DNA of 64,000 nt, from positions 128,001-192,000 of the forward strand of contig CBDBLX010000002.1 of NCBI GenBank assembly GCA_965207445.1. Direction: 5' to 3'. Below the pieces are notes generated by a model, which worked only from the letters and a program-made list of their open reading frames with translations, was not told the origin of the DNA and made no database searches. Position numbers and translations under genes: made by a program. Shown in pieces: positions 43,684 through 54,904 of this stretch (positions are counted from its first letter, which is position 1; each line of letters opens with the position of its first letter). The DNA is from Nitrosopumilus sp. (GTDB lineage Archaea; Thermoproteota; Nitrososphaeria; Nitrososphaerales; Nitrosopumilaceae).

Positions 43684-44183
43684 CATTCTAATATATGATA
43701 CAGGTATACTGATACTGAGCCTCGTGTGTTGCCGTTGGGGTCAACTGTGATCTCAATTACTGTATTGCCCTTTGGAATAAACACTGTATCATCTCCTAGA
43801 TATTCCCACGTGTAAAACTCCCCTAATCCTGCTTCATGTCTTGTCCCATTTAGATCAAAGTCTTCTGAATAGCTTAGAGTCTCACCATTTAATGTGATAG
43901 ACAACACATCTGGGCTACTTCCATTTGGCACAAAATCAAACACATACTGGCCGTTAGATTGATTTTCATCTATCATATTATTATATTCAATCTCAAATGT
44001 ATCTGTATAGATACCATTAACATATAATTTGGGTTCTGCAAGTGTGGCATGAAAGACAATCTCTTTATTTTGCGTGCTGTCCTTTTTCTCAGAGTGTGGT
44101 AAAAGTGTACCTCCGATTATTCCACTAATCATTGCTATAATAATTATAAATCCACATATTACTAGTAGATTTTTGTGTCTCAT
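43683..44183 (-). CDS. Membrane-anchored secreted hypothetical protein
   Basis: N-terminal TM, FDFVPNGSSP, FYTWEYLG motifs. Confidence 0.7.
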   Translation of the reverse strand: MRHKNLLVICGFIIIIAMISGIIGGTLLPHSEKKDSTQNKEIVFHATLAEPKLYVNGIYTDTFEIEYNNMIDENQSNGQYVFDFVPNGSSPDVLSITLNGETLSYSEDFDLNGTRHEAGLGEFYTWEYLGDDTVFIPKGNTVIEITVDPNGNTRGSVSVYLYHILE

Positions 44184-44234
44184 CTTTTTTGTATATGAAA
44201 TACCAATTAAAAAAGTCATGTGAATCGTGTGGGG

Positions 44235-44314
44235 GTAACCGTTCAACCCCCGTTATCTGCGCCAGACGTTAGGTGGTGAATTTGTGCTTATTTGAGAAGG
44301 GGTTGAACGGTTAC
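44235..44314. mobile_element. MITE family B (80 bp)
   Basis: GTAACCGTTCAACCCC...GGGGTTGAACGGTTAC perfect 16 bp TIR. Confidence 0.85.
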
Positions 44315-44354
44315 TCATGTGGGTGGTTAAATACTGTATTTGTGATAAATTGAT

Positions 44355-45008
44355 ATGGGAAATATTCAAAAGACATGGACACGTCCACAGACACCGACCA
44401 TATCTGAGAGAATAGGCTCTACCATACATCCCAAGGGCCCACTAAAACCCCGCATTCGAGATGCGATAAAACAGTTACAGCCTCAGATTAAAAGATTAGA
44501 CAGAATGATTGAAAATTTACAAAAGCGAGATTCAGCACTATTTCAAAGAGTAGTTTCTGCTGTTCAAAAACATGATCAACATACTAGTAATGTACTTGGT
44601 AATGAACTCGCAGAGATCAGAAAAGTTATCAAAGTTTTGAGTGGTGCTAGAACTGCGCTTGAGCGCATAGAGATGCGACTTGGAACATGCAGTGATCTTG
44701 GTGATACCGTAGTCACCATAATGCCAACGATCGCTTTAATGAAAAACATCAAATCATCACTAGGAAAAATCATGCCTGGAGCAGAGCAAGAGCTATCTCA
44801 GATGGCAACTATGCTAGGTGGATTCTTAACAGAGAGCTTTGCAGGTGAATCTGCATTTGGTACAGATGAGAATACAAGTGTCGAAGCCGAGGCAATACTA
44901 AAAGAAGCTGCAGTTATAGCTGGTAATACTACTGGGGAGATGTTTCCGTTTGTACCAACACAGACTCAGGAAACAACTATACCTTCTACAAATAATTTTA
45001 ATAAATAA
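44355..45008 (+). CDS. cdvB: ESCRT-III/Snf7-like cell division protein (CdvB paralogue)
   Basis: Snf7-type helices: NELAEIRK, LERIEMRL.T..DLGD, EAEAILKEAA. Confidence 0.85.
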   Translation: MGNIQKTWTRPQTPTISERIGSTIHPKGPLKPRIRDAIKQLQPQIKRLDRMIENLQKRDSALFQRVVSAVQKHDQHTSNVLGNELAEIRKVIKVLSGARTALERIEMRLGTCSDLGDTVVTIMPTIALMKNIKSSLGKIMPGAEQELSQMATMLGGFLTESFAGESAFGTDENTSVEAEAILKEAAVIAGNTTGEMFPFVPTQTQETTIPSTNNFNK

Positions 45009-45566
45009 TTAATCATTTATTGAGAATCTCTCTTGTGCAGTTGTTGTAGCATCATCCCTCGTCTCTTTTATCTTTCTGACCTTGTCTCCTTCTGCATCTA
45101 TAATTTGGTCAATTCCTGCAAGCTTGTTTCTGAGATTGTTAATTATTGTGCCTACTTCGTCGGCCTCGTTTTCTACCTCTCTTCTCTTTAGTGCAAGTTT
45201 TGTGATTCCTGCATTCTCATCTTCAATATACTCGTTGACTTTTTGAAGTTTCTCTTTGAGATTTTTTATGTCCACTGATTCATCCTCGATATCTTTCTCA
45301 AGCAAGGTTCGCTTGTCTTTGAGATTCTTTATCATCACACCTACATAATCAATTGCTTCCTCTAGTCTTGCTCGTTTGTCCATAAGATCCCCAATTCCGA
45401 TTTGACTGTTACCTGATACAGGTGTTGATTGTTCTATTGTTGTAGCCGTTGACATTTCAGTATCAGATACTATCTTTGCTGTTGTTGTTGTTGTGTTGTC
45501 GTTATCTTGTTCTGTTGTTGCCATCGTTGACTCTCTCTCTCCTTCATTTCTAAATCTATTAAACAT
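45009..45566 (-). CDS. Coiled-coil hypothetical protein
   Basis: Long heptad repeat region, convergent with cdvB. Confidence 0.75.
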   Translation of the reverse strand: MFNRFRNEGERESTMATTEQDNDNTTTTTAKIVSDTEMSTATTIEQSTPVSGNSQIGIGDLMDKRARLEEAIDYVGVMIKNLKDKRTLLEKDIEDESVDIKNLKEKLQKVNEYIEDENAGITKLALKRREVENEADEVGTIINNLRNKLAGIDQIIDAEGDKVRKIKETRDDATTTAQERFSIND

Positions 45567-45855
45567 TTTACATTGTTAATTTTATCAAGATAAAAAGATA
45601 ATTGTTTGGTGGTGTGTTCTCAGAGTCTGATATATGGATATTGTGTCAATACTAGATAAAGCCTATACTACTGGATGTGGATTTTTACAACTATATTTTT
45701 GGTGTAATTGGGCATATAATATTTGTTCATTAATTATTAGACTATGTGTTATTTTCTAAAGCAAATTATATGAATAATTATGAGAAAAACTCTAAAACCG
45801 CACCTAAATTATCTTGATCTTAAGATATAAAAAGTGGATTTTTGGGGGCGTAATT

Positions 45856-47571
45856 ATGGCAATACAAGCAACATCTAAAGGAACCATGCCAGTTGTACTC
45901 TTAAAAGAAGGTGGCAGTGAGACCAAGGGCAAAGATGCTCAAAAGAACAATATTGCTGCATCAAAGATTATTGCAGAGATTGTTCATTCTAGTCTAGGAC
46001 CACGAGGCATGGATAAGATGCTTGTTGATTCACTTGGAGATGTTACTATAACAAATGATGGTGCTACTATACTAAAAGAGATAGATGTGCAACATCCTGC
46101 TGCAAAGATGCTAGTTGAGATATCAAAGACTACTGATAATGAAGTTGGAGATGGAACCACATCTGCTGTAGTACTTGCAGGTGGATTGCTTGAGAATGCA
46201 GAGTCACTATTGGATCAGAATGTCCATCCAACAATTATTGTAGATGGATACCGTAGGGCAGGCAAACAAGCATTGGAGTTTCTCAAAGAGATCGCAGAGC
46301 CAGTCTCTTCTGATGATAAAGATATTCTAACTAAAATTGCAAAGACCTCTATGCAAACCAAACTTGTTCGCAAGGACTCCGATCAGATAGCCAATATTAT
46401 AGTAGATGCAGTACTGACCGTATCTGAAAAGAGTGAGGATGGCTCGTATGATGTTGATATTGATGATGTTAAAGTTGAGAAAAAAGCAGGCGGTTCTATA
46501 AAAGACTCTTCAATTATTCAAGGTATAGTACTAGACAAAGAGATAGTGCATGGTGGCATGCCAAAAAAAGTATCTGATGCCAAGATTGCATTACTAAACA
46601 CGGCACTAGAGATAAACAAGACTGAAACTGATGCCAAGATCAACATATCTGATCCGCAACAACTAAAGTCATTCCTTGATGAGGAGAACAACATGTTAAA
46701 GTCGATGGTTCAAAAAGTCATTGACATTGGTGCTAGTGTTGTATTGTGCCAAAAAGGCATAGATGAGATGGCACAACACTATCTTGCAAAGGCAGGAATC
46801 ATATCTGTTAGGCGTATAAAGGAGAGCGATCTTACAAAACTCTCAAGGGCCACAGGTGGTAGAGTTGTCACTAATCTAGATGATCTCTCTGCAAACGATC
46901 TAGGCTCTGCTTCTCTTGTTGAGGAGAGAAAGATAGAAGAGGACAAGTGGGTGTTTGTTGAAGGATGCCAGAATCCAAAATCTGTTACGTTGCTTTTACG
47001 TGGTGGCTCACAACGGGTAGTAGATGAGGTGGAGCGTTCTGTTCATGATGCATTAATGGTAGTTAAAGATGTCATATTGAATCCATCTGTGGTGGCAGGC
47101 GGAGGCTCACCTGAAACCTTTGCAGCTACAAAACTTCGTAACTGGTCAAAATCACTTGAGGGCAGAGAACAGTTAGCAGCAGAAAAGTTTGCCGATGCGC
47201 TAGAGTCAATCCCACTCACACTTGCTGAGAATGCTGGTATGGACCCAATAGACACATTAACACTCTTACGCTCAAAACAACAACGCGGTGAGAGCTGGAC
47301 TGGTATTGATGTCATGGAGTCTAGAATAGCAAGCATGAAGCACAGTGAGATTATAGAACCACTTGCAGTAAAGCTACAAGTGACATCATCTGCAACAGAG
47401 GCTGCATGTATGATACTACGAATTGATGATGTCATTGCTACTCAAAAGTCTGCAGGTGGACCACCTGGAGGCGGTGAAGGCGGTATGCCTGGCATGGGTG
47501 GCGGCATGGGCGGTATGCCTGGCATGGGTGGCGGCATGGGCGGTATGCCGGATATGGGCGGTATGATGTGA
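45856..47571 (+). CDS. ths: Thermosome (group II chaperonin) subunit
   Basis: [27 protein letters not shown]-rich tail. Confidence 0.97.
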   Translation: MAIQATSKGTMPVVLLKEGGSETKGKDAQKNNIAASKIIAEIVHSSLGPRGMDKMLVDSLGDVTITNDGATILKEIDVQHPAAKMLVEISKTTDNEVGDGTTSAVVLAGGLLENAESLLDQNVHPTIIVDGYRRAGKQALEFLKEIAEPVSSDDKDILTKIAKTSMQTKLVRKDSDQIANIIVDAVLTVSEKSEDGSYDVDIDDVKVEKKAGGSIKDSSIIQGIVLDKEIVHGGMPKKVSDAKIALLNTALEINKTETDAKINISDPQQLKSFLDEENNMLKSMVQKVIDIGASVVLCQKGIDEMAQHYLAKAGIISVRRIKESDLTKLSRATGGRVVTNLDDLSANDLGSASLVEERKIEEDKWVFVEGCQNPKSVTLLLRGGSQRVVDEVERSVHDALMVVKDVILNPSVVAGGGSPETFAATKLRNWSKSLEGREQLAAEKFADALESIPLTLAENAGMDPIDTLTLLRSKQQRGESWTGIDVMESRIASMKHSEIIEPLAVKLQVTSSATEAACMILRIDDVIATQKSAGGPPGGGEGGMPGMGGGMGGMPGMGGGMGGMPDMGGMM

Positions 47572-47609
47572 CCGTTATTTAGTCAATTCTATGTCTTACG
47601 GGTGTATCT

Positions 47610-47891
47610 ATGGCACTAACTAAAAATGTAATTGCATCGAACAGTTTCAAATATGTATATATTATTGTATTTTTTATGTTCTTGGCAGGATTCTTTCATC
47701 CTCTTATCACTAATACTAGTTTTGATATAGTTGTGGTGGGTGTACTGGTCTTGTTCTTAGGCCTCGCCGGTGGCATACTATTGTACAAAGCCGCCACTGA
47801 CAACAACAAAAGAGAGATGTTACTTGGAATCGGCTTTGCCCTCATGACAATATCCTCATTTGGGATATTTTACATGACAGGGCGATTCTAA
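47610..47891 (+). CDS. Small three-TM membrane protein
   Basis: 93 aa hydrophobic ORF. Confidence 0.7.
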   Translation: MALTKNVIASNSFKYVYIIVFFMFLAGFFHPLITNTSFDIVVVGVLVLFLGLAGGILLYKAATDNNKREMLLGIGFALMTISSFGIFYMTGRF

Positions 47892-47911
47892 TTATCATTT
47901 TTTGTTTTTCA

Positions 47912-47956
47912 TTTTGTTTTGTTTTGTTTTGTTTTGTTTTGTTTTGTTTTGTTTTG
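47912..47956. repeat. (TTTTG)9 microsatellite between convergent genes, possibly an expanded T-rich terminator
   Basis: Nine perfect units. Confidence 0.9.
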
Positions 47957-47993
47957 TTGGCATTCAGTGAAGGTATGTCTATGAGTTTGTGCA

Positions 47994-49454
47994 TTATATA
48001 TCAAAATACAGGTAAAATTCGTGCGGATGGGGCCTAATTGCTATTGCACGTTGATCCTTTCTCTCAAGTGATATGATCTTGTCTATAACATCATTTGTGT
48101 ATATTGGAAGCAGGAACTTTCTGTCACTCTCCAATTCATCTAGCGCATCCCCTAGACTCTTTGGTAGTACGCCTATGCCGCGTTTTGCTCTATCTGAGCG
48201 TGTCATCTTGAATATATCATCATGTATTTGGTCACCTGGTTCTAGCTTTTTCTTTATACCATCAAGTCCCGCTGCTGTTATTGCAGCAAATACCAAGTAT
48301 GGATTTGATGCTGGATCTGGCGCCCTAAACTCTAATCGTTTGAGATGAGCATATTTTTTACCTGTCAAATGTCTTGGAACTCTTATGATTGCTGAACGAT
48401 TTCCTGCACTCCATGCAATATATGCTGGTGCTTCGTATCCTGGTACGAGTCTATGGTATGAGTTAGTCGTCGGATTACATATTGCAGAGAGCGCTTTTGC
48501 ATGTGTTATCATACCTCCGCAAAAGTATCTTGCAGTCTGACTCAACTCATCTTTTTCGTCTGGATCGTAAAACGTATTCTGGTCATTTTTCCACAGGCTC
48601 ACATTAACATGCATACCACTACCAGAGTCCATGGCAATTGGTTTTGGCATTACAGTTGCTACCTTGCCATACTTTTGTGCAATGTTTCTAATTACATATT
48701 TGTATGTTTGAGCTGCATCAGCAGCATTTGTCAAATAATCATATTTAATGTCAATCTCACATTGCCCTGCTGTTGCTACTTCATGATGGTGATTGTCACA
48801 CAGTATTCCAAAGCTGTTATGTAGTATGTTTACACATTCATTTCTGTATGGTGTTAATGTATCTGAGGGTGTGCTTGGGTAGTATCCTTCTTGTAGTCCC
48901 ATTGGGTATCCATCTCCTTCTTGACTCCATGGCGCTTCTTTTGATTCGATCGAGTATGATTGGCCCTTGTATGGTGTTAATACATCCCAGTTCACTCTAT
49001 CAAATACAAAGAACTCTACCTCGGGGCCCCATGTTGAGAAATCAAAATTTTGAGATTTGATGTACTCTTCTGCGTTTTGTGCAATACCACGTGGGTCTCG
49101 TGAGAGTCTACCACGATTGCCTCCCCAATATACGTCACACAAGAGACGTGCTGTCTTATTCTCTGTCATCCATGGAATTATCGCAAATGTATTAGGATCA
49201 GGTTTTAAGAGCAGATCAGAGTCATCTATGCTTGTAAATCCAACTATTGATGAGCCGTCGAGCTTTGGCAGTCCATCTTTCATCTGTTCTGGTGTGAATG
49301 TTGATGCTGATATTGTCGTGTGATGGAAATGTCCTGTTAGACCTGTGAACTGTAGATCAATGAATTGTATCTTTTCATGTTGTATCTTTGAGAATACCTC
49401 ATCAGGTGAGTATGTAACCTGCATCGTTTTTCCATGACTTACTCTATACGGCAT
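47994..49454 (-). CDS. glnA: Glutamine synthetase type I
   Basis: DGSSI, GPEVEFF, HHEVATAGQCEI, SGSGMH, NSYHRLVPGYEAP, RLEFRAPDP. Confidence 0.97.
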   Translation of the reverse strand: MPYRVSHGKTMQVTYSPDEVFSKIQHEKIQFIDLQFTGLTGHFHHTTISASTFTPEQMKDGLPKLDGSSIVGFTSIDDSDLLLKPDPNTFAIIPWMTENKTARLLCDVYWGGNRGRLSRDPRGIAQNAEEYIKSQNFDFSTWGPEVEFFVFDRVNWDVLTPYKGQSYSIESKEAPWSQEGDGYPMGLQEGYYPSTPSDTLTPYRNECVNILHNSFGILCDNHHHEVATAGQCEIDIKYDYLTNAADAAQTYKYVIRNIAQKYGKVATVMPKPIAMDSGSGMHVNVSLWKNDQNTFYDPDEKDELSQTARYFCGGMITHAKALSAICNPTTNSYHRLVPGYEAPAYIAWSAGNRSAIIRVPRHLTGKKYAHLKRLEFRAPDPASNPYLVFAAITAAGLDGIKKKLEPGDQIHDDIFKMTRSDRAKRGIGVLPKSLGDALDELESDRKFLLPIYTNDVIDKIISLERKDQRAIAIRPHPHEFYLYFDI

Positions 49455-49500
49455 TTTTCTTGCGCTTCAATCACACACAAATAGAACTAACATTTAAGGA

Positions 49501-50214
49501 TTGGGTAGTAAGTTGCCAGAACCCCCACTAGCAGATACCTCTGCTGAAGATTCACCATATGTAGCAGACACTGATGCTCAGACTATTCTCAGCAAACTGT
49601 ATCATGATGTGTTGCGTGAGGTAGAAGATGATGTTGCACTCACAGAAATAAGTGATGAACTGTATAGAAATGTCTCTGTGTTCATTGATACTCAAAGCAG
49701 AAAACGATACTCTGATGTTGAAGGCAGTATAATGGAGCAGATAATCTCAACTGCGTCGCAACTCGTTTCATTAATGTTGGATGTGCGTCTTGCAAAAGCT
49801 ACACGGTTCATGTTTTATGATGGTGATGGTGGTGGTGGTGATCATAATAATAATGATGATAATAATGGTGGGAAAAGAGATAACACTACCCTGATGATGC
49901 AGCGGTTGCTTGATGAGGAAAAGTTTATCCTCAATTCAGCAGAAGAGTATGAAGAGCGTCAGGATATTGTGTTGTCTGCGACTATAAGTGGTCGGTCCAA
50001 ACTGTTAGAATCTATATCTGAGAAACACAAGACTAGTAGGATACTAGTTCGGTTTATCAAAGATGTAGAATCGATGATAGGTGTAGATATGGAGATGTAT
50101 GGACCATTTAAGATAGAAGATATTGCAACCATACCTTATGAAAATGCTCAAGCTCTAATATCCGAAGATGTTGCAGTTCACGTGCGCTCAGAAGATTATG
50201 GGGGAAGATTGTAG
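49501..50214 (+). CDS. GINS complex subunit (Gins15/51-type)
   Basis: Helical A domain followed by B domain VRFIKDV..IGVDM..YGPFKIEDIATIPYENAQAL. Confidence 0.8.
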   Translation: MGSKLPEPPLADTSAEDSPYVADTDAQTILSKLYHDVLREVEDDVALTEISDELYRNVSVFIDTQSRKRYSDVEGSIMEQIISTASQLVSLMLDVRLAKATRFMFYDGDGGGGDHNNNDDNNGGKRDNTTLMMQRLLDEEKFILNSAEEYEERQDIVLSATISGRSKLLESISEKHKTSRILVRFIKDVESMIGVDMEMYGPFKIEDIATIPYENAQALISEDVAVHVRSEDYGGRL

Positions 50215-50384
50215 TTATTTATATGCAAATATATTTTTCAATGATATATTTAATGACCCTAATCAAATATATGCATATTAAAAATAATTATTTCGTGTAT
50301 GCGTATTTTATCTGTCGTGGGAATATGTACATTGTTGTTATGAACACATGTTATGAACACATCACTATCTGCATTGATTTTATC

Positions 50385-50530
50385 GTGTGAACCAAGATCC
50401 ATGACTGATATAATCATTCAAAATAACTACTAGCCAAATGCATCACATGCACAATACTCGACATGCAGACAGACGTGACAAAATACAAGTGTGTAATTTC
50501 ATTATTGTGTCCAAAGAGTTTGGTTCACGC
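50385..50530. mobile_element. MITE family C, left copy (146 bp)
   Basis: Termini GTGTGAACCAA...TTGGTTCACGC; inverted homologue of 52854-53001. Confidence 0.88.
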
Positions 50531-52782
50531 TAATACTCCAGCTCCAAGTCTTCAGTTTGGCTTTTTTGTCCCTCCGACCTGCAATATTTTAGTTTGATCT
50601 CGTTCTCAAAGTGCAGGCATCGCTTCATTCCAACAATTATGCCAACAGGCGCTCCGACATACATTCCCAAGTTCAATAGAATAAGTGAGATTCCATATCC
50701 CAATACCGCATGTTCAGAATTTAGGTCGACATGACTTAGAATTGACAACGAATGAATCATTGGAGTTATCGCAAGCTTGACAGCATCTTTGAGTATTGGG
50801 TTTTCCCTTTCATAATCTGCAATTGTTGGGCTGAATGAATAGTAGAAGCTATTAAACGTACTCACAAAAACAGTACCTGACTCGGTTTGCAACAATCTGT
50901 TGTCCCGGAGTTCTCGTAGCTGTTGGACTTGTGGATCTAGTTCGGAACCGTATGTAGCTGTTGCGATAAGACAGCCACCTCCATTTTCCGTTTGTTTGTT
51001 TGGTGGTTCTTCATCAAAAGACACATTTTCTGTTTGGTGAATTGTAGGCTTTTCATCAAAGGCCACAGTGCTGATTGAATTTGTAAATGCATCATGATAC
51101 GTGGGAAAATCAACAGTGTCTGCGGCAAAAAAGAGATAGTAGAATTCTCCATTTTCAAATGCCCATACAACAACATCCAGTTGGCGTTCTATGAGATAAC
51201 CATCCAGATCGAATTTCATAAATGCATCTATGTTAACTTTTGCCATATTATCGAAAAGATCTACGTCAGAGTCTATAATTTCAACTTTTATGTTTTCGCC
51301 CGTGCCCCCTGATAACCCCTCACTAAAACTTTGTAAAAATTGCTCACGGACATCTTGGTCGTCTAAGTTCAGTGATCTTTCAAAATTCGCATACATCAAG
51401 GTCACTGCCGGAGGTATAACTCCTTGAAAATTGGGTGGAATAAACAGTGCTACTGCATTTAGTGATCCAGGAGTGGATACTAGTTCAATTTGGGCATTAA
51501 GATTTTCTTGCTTCCATTGCTTCGGGGGAATAAACGAAAACCCCAAGTCAAAATCAACAAACACTTCTGAATCAGTCGTTATTTCCTCATTTACGGGTAT
51601 TGATGACGTGTCACCCAAGTAAGAAGATTCCAGCATTAGCGCGTGATCATCATAACTGATTGTAGAATAATTGTCGCCATAATACACAATCTCGACGATT
51701 TTCCCATCATCGAAGATCAAATAGGACACGTCGTATTGAATCGGTTCACCTGCATCATCGAGTTGGAAAAATGTTGCTCCTGTTAGAAACCCGTCGTTGA
51801 ATTTTATAACCGCCAGATAATCAACATGGAAAAATCCTGGAAACCTGCTAATGGACTCGGTCACCATCTTTTCTGCTTCTTCGTATAGTTGGTCTGTTTC
51901 AAGCCCATTGAATGTCTGAAATAAGTCCCGATCTTCAATGAAAAGTTCTATCTTTCCATCTGTGTTTTTAGATGAAAACTCGGCGAATTTTTGTCCGCTG
52001 AAGGATTCATTTACATCCCAATTTTCTTCCCACGAATGGGGAAATTTTATCGCAAAGCCATGTTCGTCATTAACATACCATTCTGGGGAAAATTCTACCG
52101 GAGTTATCAAGCTCATCGGTCGGGGACTAAGATCTAGAAATCCGTTAATGTTCTCCTCAAAAATTATTCTACTGTCACCTGTAGGTGCCATTCTTTCAGC
52201 AGGAGTCTTCAATACGTCAAATGAGCTTACCGACGAGATAATTTGATCTCTGTAGGATAAAAATACGTCAGTTGCGCTTTCAGAATAAATGATCCAAGAA
52301 CCAAATCCATCAGGAATCATCGTGTTAATGCTAATGTTCTCATACTGCGTCGAGTCTTCCAGTGTTTCAGTCCAAGAATAGGTATGCTGGTAGGATTTTT
52401 TTCCATCAATGTATATTACTCTTGAATCTATTAATTCGTGGTTGGTACATGTGCTTCCAAATACCTCAAGTGTAGACAATTCACAATTTTGTTCCAAACC
52501 CATGCTTAACGCATTCAGCAACTGTTCATCATCGCCTGCCCATACGAGTGACACGCTGGGAGCATATCTTACTACTAACACCGAACTCCATCCACTTGTA
52601 TCATCATAAAAAGTCACCAAATAATCAACGCCAGATTCTGAAAAGAATGTATTTTCAACCCCCCATCCAGCAGGATAATCTATGGAAAACCCCTGTTCTT
52701 CGTCAACGTATTGTAATCCATACGCTTGTATTATTCCCAACGGGGTGCACAAAACAAACAGTAACACAAGTATGGCCCTCAT
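50530..52782 (-). CDS. Acidic surface protein with three PsbP-like repeats and CFI-box-CTERM anchor
   Basis: Signal peptide; GFSIDYPAGW / GFAIKFPHSW / GFSFIPPKQW repeats; GGCLIATATYGSELDPQVQQLRELRD plus TM. Confidence 0.85.
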   Translation of the reverse strand: MRAILVLLFVLCTPLGIIQAYGLQYVDEEQGFSIDYPAGWGVENTFFSESGVDYLVTFYDDTSGWSSVLVVRYAPSVSLVWAGDDEQLLNALSMGLEQNCELSTLEVFGSTCTNHELIDSRVIYIDGKKSYQHTYSWTETLEDSTQYENISINTMIPDGFGSWIIYSESATDVFLSYRDQIISSVSSFDVLKTPAERMAPTGDSRIIFEENINGFLDLSPRPMSLITPVEFSPEWYVNDEHGFAIKFPHSWEENWDVNESFSGQKFAEFSSKNTDGKIELFIEDRDLFQTFNGLETDQLYEEAEKMVTESISRFPGFFHVDYLAVIKFNDGFLTGATFFQLDDAGEPIQYDVSYLIFDDGKIVEIVYYGDNYSTISYDDHALMLESSYLGDTSSIPVNEEITTDSEVFVDFDLGFSFIPPKQWKQENLNAQIELVSTPGSLNAVALFIPPNFQGVIPPAVTLMYANFERSLNLDDQDVREQFLQSFSEGLSGGTGENIKVEIIDSDVDLFDNMAKVNIDAFMKFDLDGYLIERQLDVVVWAFENGEFYYLFFAADTVDFPTYHDAFTNSISTVAFDEKPTIHQTENVSFDEEPPNKQTENGGGCLIATATYGSELDPQVQQLRELRDNRLLQTESGTVFVSTFNSFYYSFSPTIADYERENPILKDAVKLAITPMIHSLSILSHVDLNSEHAVLGYGISLILLNLGMYVGAPVGIIVGMKRCLHFENEIKLKYCRSEGQKSQTEDLELEY

Positions 52783-52853
52783 ATTGGTAATCTTTGATTC
52801 TTTTGTAAATACTTTTTGGGATTTGAGTGTAATCTACAGATAGAAACTAATCT

Positions 52854-53001
52854 GTGTGAAGCAAGCTCATTGTACACAACAATGAAATACATACTTGTAT
52901 TTGGTTATATTCCTATCTGTATATCGAGTATCGTGCATGCGATACATTTGGCTAGGAATTATTTTTGAATGATTATATCAGTCATGGAGATTGGTTCACA
53001 C
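52854..53001. mobile_element. MITE family C, right copy (148 bp, inverted)
   Basis: Termini GTGTGAAGCAA...TTGGTTCACAC. Confidence 0.88.
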
Positions 53002-53221
53002 ATTTTATCAATAATCTTTTTTTGTGTATTACGAAATCCTTTTTTGAGATTGCCAGCATTTACACCAAAAAGGTACAAATCTTATTTGTGTATGGTGGTG
53101 TCTTCTGATCAATAAAAGATTGATTCTGTGGCTGTCATGTTATTCTTAAAAAATTGAACAAACGATGATGCTCTAGATAATTATCAAATAGGTAAAAATT
53201 ATCAGAAAAATAACTAGACTT

Positions 53222-53506
53222 ATGTCTCATACAGGTGTTGATGTGATTGATTTTCTTTTTTATACGATATATCCTGTCATTGGATTGTTTGTTGTAGAGG
53301 GGATAGCTCGATTAATACGCGCACCAAAATGGGCCAAACTCTGGACTCAGGCTGCTGTGTCGATCGGATTTGGAATTTACTATTGGTTTTTGTTACCTGC
53401 ACCACAAAACTTTCCAATGACTGCACTGGTGTTGTTTGCACTCGCAGCTGCGCTCTTGTATCAGGGAAAGCGTGCCATGATATCACCTGAAAAGAGTCCT
53501 TACTAG
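53222..53506 (+). CDS. Small three-TM membrane protein
   Basis: 94 aa hydrophobic ORF. Confidence 0.75.
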   Translation: MSHTGVDVIDFLFYTIYPVIGLFVVEGIARLIRAPKWAKLWTQAAVSIGFGIYYWFLLPAPQNFPMTALVLFALAAALLYQGKRAMISPEKSPY

Positions 53507-53728
53507 TTATGATTTACCAAACATACGCTTGAAGATATTGGGCTTGCCACGTCCCCCGTCTCGTACTACTCCTTTTTGTCCAAACCTCTTTGCCCTGATC
53601 TGGCTGAGCTTTACACAACGATGCTCTTCTGGCAGTCTATGTTCGGCACAAAATGGATCCTTGCAATAGTTGCAATGAAACGGCATGTCTGTCATCTCTC
53701 CACAATAGGCGCATTTCTCTTCGTACAC
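53507..53728 (-). CDS. AN1-type zinc finger protein
   Basis: CAYC..MPFHCNYCKDPFCAEHRLPEEHRC. Confidence 0.9.
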   Translation of the reverse strand: MYEEKCAYCGEMTDMPFHCNYCKDPFCAEHRLPEEHRCVKLSQIRAKRFGQKGVVRDGGRGKPNIFKRMFGKS

Positions 53729-53857
53729 GTTGTTTTAACATGTAAAAGCTATTAATCAAGTTTTAGTACTCGTGCTGATTTGTAATGTGTGATTGTGGTA
53801 AAACTGTATGAGTGTTGCATTCTAAAGATTTTTAGGCACGCATTAAAGCCGTAATTC

Positions 53858-54598
53858 ATGATAGCTGGCAAAGTTGCAATTATTACTGGTGCTAGTAGTG
53901 GAATTGGGCTTGCTACTGCACTTGCACTCTCAAGGGCTGGTGCAAAAGTTGCAATTGGTGCGCGTAGAGTCGATAATCTTGCAGAGTTGGCAGATACTAT
54001 AAAAAGTGAGGGTGGACATGTACTGTACAGAAAACTTGATGTCTCAAAGAGATCTGATTGTGACGAGTTTGCAGCAGCAGTTCTTGATGAGTGGGGTTCT
54101 ATTGATATATTGGTAAATAATGCGGGCTTGATGCCGCTGAGCTTTTTTCAAAACTTGAAGATTGATGAGTGGGATCGCATGATCGATGTAAATATCAAAG
54201 GTGTAATGTACTGCACAGCTTCTGTCATTAAACACATGAAGGATAAAAAATCAGGACATATAATTAATATATCTTCTGTGGCAGGAAGAACTGTCTTTCC
54301 GTCTGGTAGTGTGTACTGTGCCACAAAACATGCCGTTACTGCTTTGAGTGAAGGACTGAGGCAAGAGTTCAGTACACGATCAAACATACGTGTATCATGT
54401 ATTGAACCTGGTGTTGTGGATACTGAACTAACCTCAACTATAACTGATGAATCACTTGCTGACTTTGTCAAAAAAGCAAAAGAGATGACATCCCTCAGGG
54501 CAGAGGATATTGCATCTGCAATTGTATATGCTGCTGACTCACCACCACATGTTAATGTTAATGAGATTTTGATACGGCCCACAACACAAGAGCGCTAG
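53858..54598 (+). CDS. Short-chain dehydrogenase/reductase
   Basis: TGASSGIG, NNAG, YCATK. Confidence 0.93.
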   Translation: MIAGKVAIITGASSGIGLATALALSRAGAKVAIGARRVDNLAELADTIKSEGGHVLYRKLDVSKRSDCDEFAAAVLDEWGSIDILVNNAGLMPLSFFQNLKIDEWDRMIDVNIKGVMYCTASVIKHMKDKKSGHIINISSVAGRTVFPSGSVYCATKHAVTALSEGLRQEFSTRSNIRVSCIEPGVVDTELTSTITDESLADFVKKAKEMTSLRAEDIASAIVYAADSPPHVNVNEILIRPTTQER

Positions 54599-54904
54599 TA
54601 GTAGTAGTTTGATGCCCCACTCCCAACATCTTATCATTAAATTGAAATGTGTGAAATTAATTGACTATAACATTTTAATAAATGTCCATATGGAATTTTA
54701 AAATTTATTCTGACACAAATATTCTATGGATAACATGTGTTGTAACTATAAAGAGGTATCTATACATATTCAACTCAATTATTTTGTATATTTTAAAATA
54801 GTATTTATTTTTATGAATATATTTAAAACACATATCTAGTTTGTTTGTATCGTTTTTGAAATATTTGTAAACATAGTGGCATAAACGCAATTATTCGTAA
54901 TAAT

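Larger units (their letters stand above)
50385..53001. mobile_element. Non-autonomous composite transposon: inverted MITE-C pair with cargo gene
   Basis: 8 bp TSD ATTTTATC at 50377-50384 and 53002-53009 flanks the whole unit. Confidence 0.88.

Noticed and set aside
45672..45806. Possible degenerate MITE upstream of the thermosome gene
   Set aside because: The inverted repeat is too degenerate and has no TSD or second copy
47470..47568. GGM tandem repeats at the thermosome C-terminus
   Set aside because: Normal chaperonin tail
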